A stretch of 44,835 nucleotides of DNA, filler included, from Catajapyx aquilonaris (lineage: Eukaryota), in assembly GCA_000934665.2 (NCBI GenBank). It is 2 parts of 2 records of this genome, joined end to end, with 100 filler letters (N's around TTAATTAATTAA, not from the genome) between each part and the next. Parts side by side here need not be neighbours in the genome. Positions count along the whole stretch, not along the records: positions 1 to 22,385 come from JYFJ02005875.1; 1 more part is not named here. One strand, written 5' to 3'. Each line of letters starts with the position of its first letter. Positions within the stretch are counted from its first letter, which is position 1. The notes under the pieces were generated by a model. The model was not told the origin of the DNA. It saw only the letters and a program-made list of their open reading frames with translations, and ran no database searches. This document shows, piece after piece, positions 1 to 14,761 of the stretch. Position numbers and translations under genes: made by a program.

Positions 1-79
1 GGAGGGGGGGGGGAGGGGGAAGAGGCACAGGATGGTCGTAAAGTTACAAATCATATAGAGAATTGGCTAGACGTGGCTA

Positions 80-750
80 TGTCCCTACACGCGTTGACTC
101 ATCACCAACGTGCATGTAGTTGCCACTTTTCCTGCGGAGTGACAGTGTCCTTTACACGCGTTGACTCATCACCAACGTACATGTAGTTGCCACTTTTCCT
201 GCGGAGTGGCACTAGTGTCCCTGCACATGTTGACTCATCACCAACGTGCATGTAGTTGCCACCTTTCCTGCGGAGTGACAGTGTCTCTACACACGTTGAC
301 TCATCACCAACGTGCATGTAGCTACCACTTTTCCTGCGGAGTGGCAGTCTCTACACACGTTGACTCATCACCAACGTGCATGTTGCTACCACTTTTCCTG
401 CGGAGTGGCAGTGTCTCTACACACGTTGACTCATCACCAACGTGCATGTACTTACTAATTTCCCCATGGAGTGGCAGTAGTGTGCACGCCATCAGATTGC
501 GGTATATCGTACTGCGTTCAAGTGGGAAGCGGGCTGGGCAGTGTTGCCAAATTTTGTTCATCGAATGAGGGGCAGTCATGACTTTTCCTCTACATGTATT
601 GACTCATCACCAACATGCATGTAGTTACCATAGTCACCACTTGGTGGGAGTAGTGTGCAGAGAGGGAAGATGCACGCCATCTGGTTGTGGCATATCGTAC
701 TATACATTCAAGTGGGAGCGGGCTGGGCAGTGTTGCCAAATTTTCAATTA
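80..750. repeat. Intronic minisatellite, ~64-69 bp unit, with a ~175-bp higher-order duplication at its 3' end
   Basis: Core TTGACTCATCACCAAC recurs at 94, 161, 230, 296, 360, 426 and 599. The segments at ~426-560 and ~599-745 share a tail ending TTCAAGTGGG(A)AGCGGGCTGGGCAGTGTTGCCAAATTTT. Confidence 0.95.
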
Positions 751-806
751 AATTGACTAAATGTATGGAATGCGTTGTACTGATGTTTCCTTCCTTCCGC
801 CCACAG

Positions 807-3749
<2,943 letters not shown>

Positions 3750-5930
3750 CCAAGTAGGACGGACGCGCGTGCAGACAACAGTGGTGACAACAATGGTGGG
3801 GGAGGAGAAGGAGGCCAGGGGGGAAACTTCCTGGCCTTGCTGGCCTGGGCTGGGGCGAGGCAAAGGGCGGCGGCGGCCATGCAGGAAGCGCAGGACTTTT
3901 GGGCGGCCTGTTGAGAAAAATTTTAATTACGTAGGGAAAACAAAAGCCTCAAGACTATTATTGAGTTTGGAGAATGAAAGCGCCCTTCCCCTCCCCCCTC
4001 CTGATGGACTCAACAATAGCCCACCCCAAAATGCATCAGTACAAAAAAAGAGAGGGAGTGAAGACTTTTTGATGCCTCCAGATACAACCACAAGAAGAAA
4101 AAAGAAACGGAAAGGAAAAAAAGTTACAAGAGAAGCAAGATTTTTACTCTGACAAAAAAGTGCGGGTCAAACAGTTGTGACCAGTGCGACGTTCAGTTAC
4201 CTTATTATTTTTCTCTCTCTCTCACTCTCTCTTTATCTCACTCTCTTGCTCTTCTCCTTGACGTTTATTTTCCTCCCCCGCCCCTCCCTTTGTGTCTCAA
4301 GTAGATCACGGTCGTTTGTCGGACAAATGACGGACAGTGTTGCCTGTTTTATTCATTCGGTGTGAAAATAATTCCTCGAACCCCTCCCTTCACTTTAAAC
4401 CATCCCTTATGTTCCGCAATCCCCCCCAAAAAAACAAAAAAAAAATGCTTGCATGCATGTGTGCATATGTAAATCACTACTTTTCAGGAAGCGTGTTTTA
4501 GGCATGGTACAATCCTTCCCCATATTTGTGGCCCCCAACCTTTTGACCCTCGACCCCCCCACCTTTATTTAGGCAATCAAGATGGCTCTCAATAATTATT
4601 ATTCAGAGTAAGAAGAAAAAAGCGTGCACGAAATAAGGAGAGAAAAAAAAATGGGCCATCCACTGCCAAGAATTTCTAAACCCTCCCCAAGCCCCACATG
4701 CCCAGCTTCCGACTCCCCTTCATGCGAGTTTTCATGCAAGCCATGTCCGTCACCTATTTTTTAAGAAAATCAGAAAAGATAGAAACATGCAAAGATGAAA
4801 AAAAAAAAAAAGTATTACACTCAGAGACCAGACACCCTGCTCTTGAATTTTCTAAGTTGGTTCTTTTTCTCGGTTCCGAGGAAGGAGCACGAGGCGACCA
4901 AGTTTTGCCTCCTGCGCCTACCTGGCCGCAAACAATCCCCCCGAGTCCCCCATCAATCAACCGATTTTTGCAACGTCACAGACCTCAGAAGAAAGTTCCA
5001 CCATAGTTCTGCCTTAAGGAGAAACTCTCTTTTTACACAAACCATTGGCCACACCACATTTAAAAAAATAAAAGTAATAATAGTATATTATAAATAACAA
5101 TAATAATTAAGACAGCAGCAGCAACAGCTTCAACAGTCCATATCCTTTCCCAACCCACCAACCGTTGATGTCAAGTCCCATCCAGTTTCTTAATCCACAA
5201 AGTGTTCCTATATAATTTTTTGTTTATGACCTTTCCCCCGATCCCCCCAACTTTTACGAATTGTGGCAGATTCCTCCCTCCTACTTTTACTCACCACACC
5301 ACACACACGACACTACACGACGTAATTGCCACATACATTGTACACACGTGCAAGCGAGCACTGCGCCAAACCACAGGCAGTGCCTCACTTCAGGTCATTC
5401 TAAGGTTCCTAGGACGCAGTCTCACACAACCTGCCAAGTGCTTTAGATACAAAGCGGCTGCCCCGCTGTAGAAGAATGGTTCTAATTTTTGATTTTCTTG
5501 TGTGTCCCACCACCACTCCCTACCTCCCAAATCCGCAAACACAGTTTTTGGGCATGAAAACGAGCAATTCACATGCGATCCTCCCCCCTTTTAACTCCCA
5601 ACCCCATGTAAAAAAAAAAAAAACTTTGTCTATTCGGTCCAGTTGGTTCTGGTGACTTGACTCTTTGCAACCTCTCCAACCAACTCCATGCCATAACTTT
5701 ACCTCCCCCGTCCTTCCAATCTTTTCTGTAAATCCCCCCCCCTGAAGAACATTCAGTGAAAAAAGAAAGGAAAAAAAAAAAAAAAAANGAAAGGAAAAAA
5801 AAAAAAAAAAAAGATGTCTCGAGTGGAGATACAGCTCGGTCCGTTCTTTGTGAGCAGACAAAGTTGGCAAATAAAATATTGAAAACTGTTTACATACACT
5901 AGTTTTAAACCATTTAAATAAAAAGTTGTG
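3750..5930 (+). other. Probable long 3' UTR of groucho
   Basis: Low-complexity A/C-rich non-coding sequence after the stop codon, with AATAAA at ~5068, ~5869 and ~5917. The true 3' end cannot be fixed without RNA data. Confidence 0.55.
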
Positions 5931-5969
5931 TAGTTTTCCAACCACTTCTTCATAGGACAGCAGCTGCAT

Positions 5970-6345
5970 TACTCTTGGAGCAAGGTGAAAAGTAAGTGTA
6001 CGGAACTTCTGTACAAGTCAATCGATACCAGCAACATCAGTTCAAGAAGAATTATATGGAATTTTAGGATTGGAAGGATTCCTTCGTGATTCTCAAGTGA
6101 TTGGGAATAAAATTGAGAACAATAGTAGGCCAGATCTCTGTGGTGGCTTCGTTGTCCTCTTGACAAAGGCTCATATTGTACCGAACTCAGTTATAGGTGT
6201 AAATATAAAAATGATTGCGGAAGCTCGCGTCTGAATCTTCTGGCCGACGTAGCAGAGAGCCGGTAGCGACTATACTTTGTAAGCGTAGCAGAGGATTGGG
6301 GCTCCCTCTTTCTCTTAATCTAGCCGCAGACTTTGCGTAGCCTAT
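5970..6345 (-). mobile_element. Degenerate LINE (CR1/L2/Jockey-like) fragment from the region C-terminal to the RT
   Basis: Minus-strand translation APILCYAYKV*SLPALCYVGQKIQTRASAIIF resembles the PILEY..VW...L..IQ.RA.RII motif of LINE ORF2, and contains stops. Confidence 0.45.
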
Positions 6346-7046
6346 GAATAAGAGATGATCCAGGTATTAAAATTCTGTGAATGTGACTAAAGGTTTTGTG
6401 CTAATATCAATCTGTTCCAGGGTTGTTGGTGGGTCATGCCAACCAGTACAGGATGACAAAGGTGCCTCCATCAGCTGCTGGCCATTGAAGACTGAATGAC
6501 TGCATGGAATTCCCCTCAGCTCAGGCCGTACCTCTTTGAGTTATTGCAAGTGCGCATTTTATTCTGTCTGTCAGCAGTTTTACCATGTATTATTGTCACT
6601 TTATGCACAATAAATTGACAATGATTGTGTTCATGGCTCTTATACGGCAAGTTAAACCTTTCATATCGCCACACATAACGATAGGTAGCCCATGGCAGAA
6701 TAATGCCGGGTGAGTAAATGGACGAGAAATTACCTATGTTTTTTTGTCTGCATTTGATGTCCTCAGGGCACATTGCAGTAGTGCTGCCATTTTTATAGTC
6801 ACAAAAAAGCATATGAATACTACGCAACCAATTACGACCTCAACTGGGATACATGTGCAATGCAATATGCAGTGCACATGTTGATTACTTGCATTGTTTG
6901 TCATTGCATAGCCACTGCTGCACAGGTGAGTTACAAACTCTAGCACATGTGCCGATACTTATTTGATTGAGGGGAGACATAAGAGTAGAATAGTGGTAGG
7001 CCATATTCAGACGGGGCACAAGTATCACGGTTGGAATGATCTTAAT

Positions 7047-9439
7047 ATGAAGGCGTCGTTTGACTCAATACTCGAAGTGGTAGGAGGATTCGGGGTGTGG
7101 CAGGGGACCATTGTTGCGGCCACTTTCATCTCCGGGATTTTGCTATTGTTCCACACCATTTGTTACGTGTTCGATTCGGCTGCACCCAGAGAGTTCTGGT
7201 GCAAGGTGGAGGGACTGGAAGGGGTCAACTGGACAGAGGAACAGGTCAAGGCCATCGCCATTCCGAGGTATATGTATACTGCGACCACATAATGATTCAG
7301 ACTGCTGTGTTGCATCACTTCTCTTATTGTTGCAGGGATGGGCAGGGAGGGTCGAGCCAGTGCCTGGTGTACGATCACAACTATTCTTCACTGGTGGGCA
7401 TGACTTACGAGGAAGCTGGACTGGTGGTGGCCTCATCTGGAGACCAGCAGAGCACCACTCCTTGCCACGACTGGATGTACGATCCGTCACCCTTCCTGTC
7501 CACCACCGTCACCGAGGTATGCAGTGGGTGCATATGATTGTACCGAACTATATACATTGTTGGCCAGAGATGTTAACCCAAGCAATGTTATATTCCCAGT
7601 GGGGATTGGTCTGCGAGAGAGCGGCTCTTCGGCCCACCATCCAAACAGTGGCTGTGTTTGGTGTCATGTGCTCCACGTTCATAAGCGGACTCTTGGCGGA
7701 CAAGTATGTGAACACATGCAAGGGTTCACACAAGTGTTTTCGGATTATGATGCTTTCTAAATCTCAGCATTTTCCCTCCAGAGTAGGTCGCAAGAGGACT
7801 ATTCTCGGATGGTCTCTTGTGCAGACGTGTGTCATGTTTGGCACAGCCTTCTCGCCCAACTACTACCTCTATTTGTTTCTACGATTCGTCACTGGGATGG
7901 CTTCCTTTGGGATGTATTCCATCTGCTTCATTCTTGGTAAAGTTGACAGCTCAAGGAGTGCAGTGGATCAGTCTCACATATTATCTTCCGATGTGTGCCA
8001 TTGGGACTGACAAAAGATTACTTGCACTAATTTCCTCTATAATCTTGTAGTCACTGAAGTGGTGAATACGGACCACCTTGTGTCTCCTCTTCGACTGCGG
8101 CACAGCTCTGGGCCTCATCTTCACCTCTGGGGTTTCCTATTGGCTGAGAGAGTGGAGACACTTACATTTTGCAGCAGCTGGACTCAGCCTCACCTTTCTC
8201 ATCTTCTCCAGGTAATCTCAGTTCAGAGTGATACAATCCATCACCGACATCCACACAATATGTGCAGGTTGGTCCCAGAGTCTCCGAGGTGGTTGATCCT
8301 CAAAGGGAGGATGTCCGAAGCTGAAGGCGTCCTCCTTAGGGCAGCCAGGATGAACGGAAGGGCACAGATGGCCAACTCTGATGATATGAGGATACTTATG
8401 GAAAAATTTAGAGAAGAGGTATGATACAGCGTAATGATCAGACCAATTGTTACGGAATGTCTCTTGCTCAATAGGAAGTTGGACTTGCGAATGATACGTG
8501 TAGAGGAAGCGTCGTTGATTGGCTGAAGCACTTGGTTGCCTTATGGCGCACTCCTGCAATCAGGTCCAGAAGTGTGAAGATATATTGGGCCTGGTTTGTC
8601 ACCGGATTGGCCTCAATCATCCTCCTATTAACGAGTGTCCGCCTTCCTGCTGGTCCTCACCTCATCACCTTCATCTTCGGATGTCAAAAGTTATTGGTCC
8701 GATTCTTACTCCTGTGGTTCATCACTCGGATCGGAAGGCGCATTCTTTTTGCCTTTTCATTTTTCAGCATGTCCGTCTTCGCCTGCGCCTTCACAGTGGT
8801 CAAATCAGGTACGGCAGAACTCTGAATTCGAGCCCAACTTTAATGACGCCAATCACGTAACACCCAAATAATATCTGATCGAATCTGTTCTCTTCTAAAC
8901 AGTTTCTTCGCCAGATCTGTACTACATAAGTGTGGCGTTGATTGTCTTGGCCAGGGTTGGAAGCGACATTAACTTTACCTCCATTTATATCTACACTGGC
9001 GAGTTATTTCCCACCGAGGTCAGGGGTCATGCAGTGACGACTGGAGGTTTGTACTCGAGGATCGGACAAATGATTGCACCATATCTCGTGGATTACACGG
9101 TAGGTTAATGACTGCCTTCACAAACTCGCGCAAACTACCACAGTGCAATAAATTATTAATATTGATGTAAGTTAATACCCAATATCAATAATCATGCTTC
9201 AGGCATCCGGCTATGGCTACCTGCCTGGAGTAGTGCTGACCTTGTGCAGTCTTATGGCCGGACTAGTCACATTTCGTCTGCCTGAAACCAGAGGACGAAA
9301 GTTGCAAGACACGGTCCAGGAATTGGAGGAACAAAGTAGAGGCGACAACTCATCGTGCACATTCAGCCTAAAAATATTACGCAGGCGCAAACCCCATGAG
9401 AAGCCCAATTCTGTGGACACTGACGCAGCAGTGGCCTGA
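7047..9439 (+). pseudogene. SLC22 / organic cation transporter-like MFS gene, copy A, frameshifted in exon 5
   Basis: Exons 7047-7267, 7336-7516, 7600-7703, 7782-7936, 8051-8211, 8268-8418, 8475-8808, 8903-9099 and 9203-9439. Motifs: FDSILEVVGGFGVWQ, STTVTEWGLVC, LADKVGRK, VPESPRWL, ELFPTEVRG, LPETRG. Exon 5 is 161 nt versus 169 nt in copy B, an 8-nt deletion near 8067. Confidence 0.85.
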
Positions 9440-11287
9440 AGGAAAAGAGTTACCGGCTGTGTACACTACGAGTACGAGGCACCACCTTGAGCTATAAGTC
9501 TTGGAAGGAGATTTCAACAACAATATTTCAACAGTTGTAGTATTGACTGTTATTGTAACTTTATGCACAATAAACTGACAATTGATCGTATTCATGGGGG
9601 CTCTTGTCCTGCTCTCATACCCTGTTCCCACAACAAATTTCGACAGGTATGGCCAAAAAGAAAAAAAAGGCCGTGTGAGTAAATGGGGGATAAATTATTG
9701 TAGCTATACTTTTGCTATGCATTGCGGTCTGCATTTGATGTCACCAGCGCACATCGGAGTAGTTTAAACTTCTTTTTTTTTGGTCACAAAAGCTGAAAAG
9801 CATATCAGCAAATGAATACTACTGTTCAAAAATCTCTTCCCAACTAGACTAACGTAACACTGGGAACAGTTGGACCATTCTGAGTGGGATAAAGCATGTC
9901 CCCTGTTTGAACTAATATTAAACTTGCTTCTGCGTTAAATGGACCTAATATTATTTTTATTAGTGACAAATATTTAAGTCTTTGAAAGTAGACTCTGCCT
10001 CCAAGTACTGCTATTAATAGGCAGATTAGTACAGCCACTACGGACAATTCACTTGGAACCTACTTGAGTAACTCATCCACAAACTACAAACCATTAGATT
10101 TAACATGTAGCAGGAAAACGAGCATGGCAGATTAATTAACTGAATTTTTGTACCATTTCATGCCCATTTCTCTGAAAATGGCTGGTTTCCTTGGCCACGT
10201 GAAGCTCACATCCTGAAAGTCCTCTTGACTGACCAGCAATGGTATATATCTTAGAGTGACCTCGGACCACTCAGCTATTCAAGCCGGTACTCAAGTGTCT
10301 TCTGTCCATCTGCATGGGCGTCTCGTGGGCCCAAATTGGACGGAAAGAGACGAACGAAGCAACTCTCTAAATTATTGACAACCGTGTACAGGATGTATAA
10401 ACACTTACAGTAAGTATATTGTGCATAAGGTTTCCGTGTACCAAACTGCCACACATTAGGTGAAGGGCATTAGGGCAACTATTACATATTGAATCAAGTT
10501 GTGGCCATACCCTGTCAGAATAATGATCACAATTTTTACCACAAGTACCACATGATTCACCAAACTGTATATTTTGCTGAACATCGGTGTAATTATGATC
10601 TTGGGTATGATGGTGACAAAATAATGTTAAATCTACCTCTCCCTGTGAACACATTCGACCCTATATAATATTCAGTGCCAAAGCCCATGTGTCACTAATA
10701 ATAAAGTGTAATAAATCGATAAGCCCATTTAACTATATTTCTAGCTTACTTTGAACATCGGGCAATAGCCTACATGGCTGTATTGTTACCTCCAGTAATT
10801 ATTGAACCCCATTGTTTTGAATAATAATTTTGGTCCAGCCATGTGGCCTGTCCCTGCTAGAAAAATAATTGAATGTGACACTCCAGTCATATGGCCAATT
10901 GTATCGCTTTGTTTATTTGTTCATTTATAATATACTATATATACTTATCAATATTTATTTATTAGTGTACAGTACTACCTAAATTCCGGTCACTTTCTCC
11001 AAACTTTTATTTATGTGCTTTAATGCTGATGCGACGATATGAAATAAGGTTACCGCTATCCCGATTCACATATCAATTTATAGAATGTTGCTTATTGGTA
11101 TAGCCTATAAGCTCGGAAACATAATTAACCTACGGTAGATACCGGTACTTCCATTTTGTTATTAAATCCACCAAAAATACAAAATATGAAACAACAGACC
11201 ATTTACAAATTATTTATTTATGAATCTTGTACAGTGTTTCTGACAGTGTACAATTGGATTCAACTCTTTTTCCCTCGAGCCACAGTG

Positions 11288-13634
11288 TCAGTGTCCACTG
11301 GTCTGAGTCTCTTTGGGCCTGCGCCGGAATATTCTGCCCAGACTGAATCTGAATGGTGAGTTGTCGACTCTATTACTTTGTTGCTCCAATTCCTGGACCG
11401 TCTCTTGCAACTTTCGTCCTCTGGTTTCAGGCAGAAGAAATGTGACTAGTCCAGCCAGGAAGCTGCACAGGGTCAGCACTACTCCAGCCACGTAGCCAGA
11501 TGCCTGAATAATAATTATTGTTGATATCAATATTAGTACTACTTGCACTACTGGGGGTTTGCAAAGCCAGTCAACTTACAGTGTAATCCACGAGGTATGG
11601 TGCGATCATTCCTCCTATCCTTGAGTGCATTGCTCCTGTGGTGACTCCATGACCCCTGACCTCAGTTGGGAACAGCTCACCAGTGTAGATGTAAATGGAG
11701 GTAACGTTAATGTCGCTTCCAACCCCGGCCAAGACTATCAACGCCACACTTATGTAGTGCAGATCCGGCGAAGAAACTGTTTAGATGGGAACAGACTCGA
11801 TCAGCACTGATGTTTTGCGTCATGAGATTTGCACCATTAAAATTGGAATCGGATTCAGACCTGCCTTGACCACTGTGAAGGTGCAGAGGAAGACGGACAT
11901 GATGAAAAATGAAGAGGCAAAGAGGATGCGCCTTCCAATCCGAGTAATCAACCAAATGAGCAGGCACCGGACCAGGAGCTTCTGACACCCAAAAATTACG
12001 AAGACAAGGTGAGGACCCACAGGAAAGAGCGCGCCCATGAAGAAGAGGCAGTTTACGACCAATCCGATCGCGAACCAATCCCAAAAAATAATCAAGCTGA
12101 TGGCCCTCATTGCAGGGGTGCGCCAAAAGACAACCACGTGCTTCAGCCGATCACAGCAGGTTCCTCGAGAAGTGACCTTCACTGGTTCGACTTCCTATTA
12201 TTTTAGTGAGAGACATTCCGTATAAGAATTAGTATGATCATCGCTCTTTAGAACACATGCCGACTGCCTGAAGTCCTCCATTAGTTTCCTCAGGTCATCA
12301 GAGTTGGTCGTCTTCTCCAGTCCGTTCATTCTGGCAGCCCGAAGGAGGACTTCTTCCGCTTCGGACATCCTCTCTTTGAGGATCAACCACCTCGGAGACT
12401 CTGGGACCAACCTGCATGTGTGGATGCATTCTATGTGTCGGACTCTCACTCTGAACTGAGCTTACCTGGAGAAGATAAGAAACGTGAAGCTGAGTCCAGC
12501 TGCTACAAAATGTAAGTGTCTCCACTCCCTCAGCCAATAGGAAACCCCAGAGGTGAAGAAGAAGCCTAGAGATGTGCCAATGTCGAAGAGGAGACACAAG
12601 GTGGACCGTCTACGAGTGTCGGCCACTTCACTCACTGCAAAGTTATGAAGAGTTGATAATCATCAGGTTAGCAAGTAATCTCTCTTCGTGCCTATAGCGG
12701 AAAACAATTAATTTAAAAAATAATTCCATGAGCCATCAACTTTACCAAGAACGAAGCAGCTGGAATAGAGTCCGTAGCAGGCCATTCCAGTGACGAATCG
12801 GAGGAACAAATAGAGGTAGTAGTTGGGCGAGAAGGCTGTTCCAAACATGACACACGTCTGCACAAGAGACCATCCGACAATACTTCTCTTGCGACCAAAT
12901 CTGGGGGGAAATGATGCGTGAGATTTAGAAACTATCGCTGTCGAAGAATGCTTGTATATTTTTTAAAAACCCTGCATGTGTGCACGTACTTGTCTGCCAG
13001 CAGTCCGCTTATGAGTGCGCAGCATACGACACCAAACACAGCCACTGTTTGGATGGTTGGCCGAAGAGCCGCTCTCTCGCAGACCAATCCCCACTGGGAA
13101 TATAATATTGCTTGGGTTAACATCTCTGGCCAACCGCGGTACAATCATATGCACCCACTGCATACCTCGGTGACGGTGGTGGACAGGAATGGTGACGGAT
13201 CGTACATCCAGTCGTGGCAAGGAGTGGTGCTCTGCTGGTCTCCATCAGATGAGGCCACCACCTGTCCAGCTTCCTCGTAAGTCATGCCCACCAGTGAAGA
13301 ATAGTTGCGATCGTACACCAGGCACTGGCTCGACCCTCCCTGCCCATCCCTGCAACAATAAGAGAAGTGATGCAACACAGCCTGAATCATTTTTGTGGTC
13401 GCAGTATATATACCCCGGAATGGTGATGGCCTTGACCTGTTCCTGTGTCCAGTTGACCCCTTCCAGTCCCTCCACCTTGCACCAGTACTCTCTGGGTGCA
13501 GCCGAATCGAACACGTAACAAATGGAGTGGAACGACAGCAAAATCCCTGAGGCGAAAGTGGCTGCAACAATGGTCCCCTGCCACACCCCGAATCCTCCCA
13601 CCACCTCCAGTATCGAGTCAAACGAGGCCTTCAT
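11288..13634 (-). CDS. SLC22 / organic cation transporter-like MFS protein, copy B (576 aa if the GC donor is used)
   Basis: Exons 13634-13414, 13349-13166, 13093-12990, 12900-12746, 12634-12466, 12411-12261, 12194-11861, 11776-11580 and 11503-11288 total 1731 nt with an open frame. Same motifs as copy A. Intron 6 begins with GC (12260-12259). Confidence 0.9.
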
Positions 13635-14688
13635 CTCCTCGTGTCAGGATCGTTCCAAACCACGAAACTCTTTTGATCATGGGTTGCGAATAGGTCTAAG
13701 CTAATGAGTAACGACGCGTGCGTTTGCATTTTCCACACACCTGGGTAGCAGTACTGTTATTTGTTGTCTGTCAGCGACTGCGAAAGTTCAACGAGCCCCC
13801 GACCTTCAATAGCAAAACAATGTAGAAGATCTTGGGATATTGTTTTGCACAAACATCCCAGCTGAGGGTGCATCATCGGAAACGTTTTCATATTATTATA
13901 GAGGGGGGCGCCTCTTGCAGGTCGGGTCCCATTCACGCTATGGGAAACTTATAAAGTTATAAATACCCACTACATGACTATTGTAAAGCTGATGGCGTAC
14001 CATATTGAAACGACCTAAAATCCTTCCTGATAAAAGAGGGTCATCCCCTAACATGAGAAGGATTGGGAAACTCATGATAAAAAATAACCACACTTTAATT
14101 CCACATAATATGCAGAGTTGAAATGTCACAAAGAGTCACACATACAGCGCAAAATTACAATTTTAAATTTACCCATAATTGAAAATACAGAATTCTCGAA
14201 TATATTACCTTGGTTTTTAGGTGCTAAAATTATGCTTGTATTTCTGGTGGCATTCAGATAAGTTTTTTTTTTAAAATAACAACAACTTCCCACAACTTAG
14301 AATAAGCTCAAGTGGTCCGCAAAAAATTCGGGTTGAAAAGGACAACCTGGGCAACAATGGTCGGGGTCATCGTACAGCACCTTTGAATCCACCCTCGCAC
14401 CGCCACCTTATATCCGGATGACCTTTTCGAACCCTTTCTCACCTTCAACCTTCGAAGCATCGTTAATCATGCAGAACGATGATGTGATCATGTGGCTTAA
14501 TGGCACGTGAGGTGCATAGGCGCACGTGACACTGTACAAGCCGTCACATCATGACCACATGATTAGAATAATGTAGTCTTCTGTATACTCCTTGGTACTC
14601 CCTGGTACTCCCAGACAATAAACAAATATGCCTCTAACTTCGGGAGCTTTTCCCTCTCGTGTCGTGCTTCCAATCCCAAGGGGCTAAA

Positions 14689-14761
14689 AAAATGGTGCCG
14701 GGGATCGAACCCGGGATCTTTCACATGCAAAGCGAACGCTCTACCACTGAGATACACCCCC
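14689..14761 (-). pseudogene. tRNA-Ala(TGC)-derived pseudogene or SINE head
   Basis: Minus strand reads GGGGGTGTATCTCAGTGGTAGAGCGTTCGCTTTGCATGTGAAAGATCCCGGGTTCGATCCCCGGCACCATTTTTTT. Anticodon and T arms pair and A/B boxes are recognisable, but the D stem has a T10-C25 mismatch and the 3' acceptor strand is CACCATT (G3:A70). Confidence 0.8.

Noticed and set aside
102..579. ORFs across the minisatellite
   Set aside because: Repetitive translations of the tandem unit with no recognisable domain.
80..620. CRISPR-like regularly spaced repeat
   Set aside because: The intervening segments are near-copies of one another rather than unique spacers, no cas genes are present, and the context is a eukaryotic intron.
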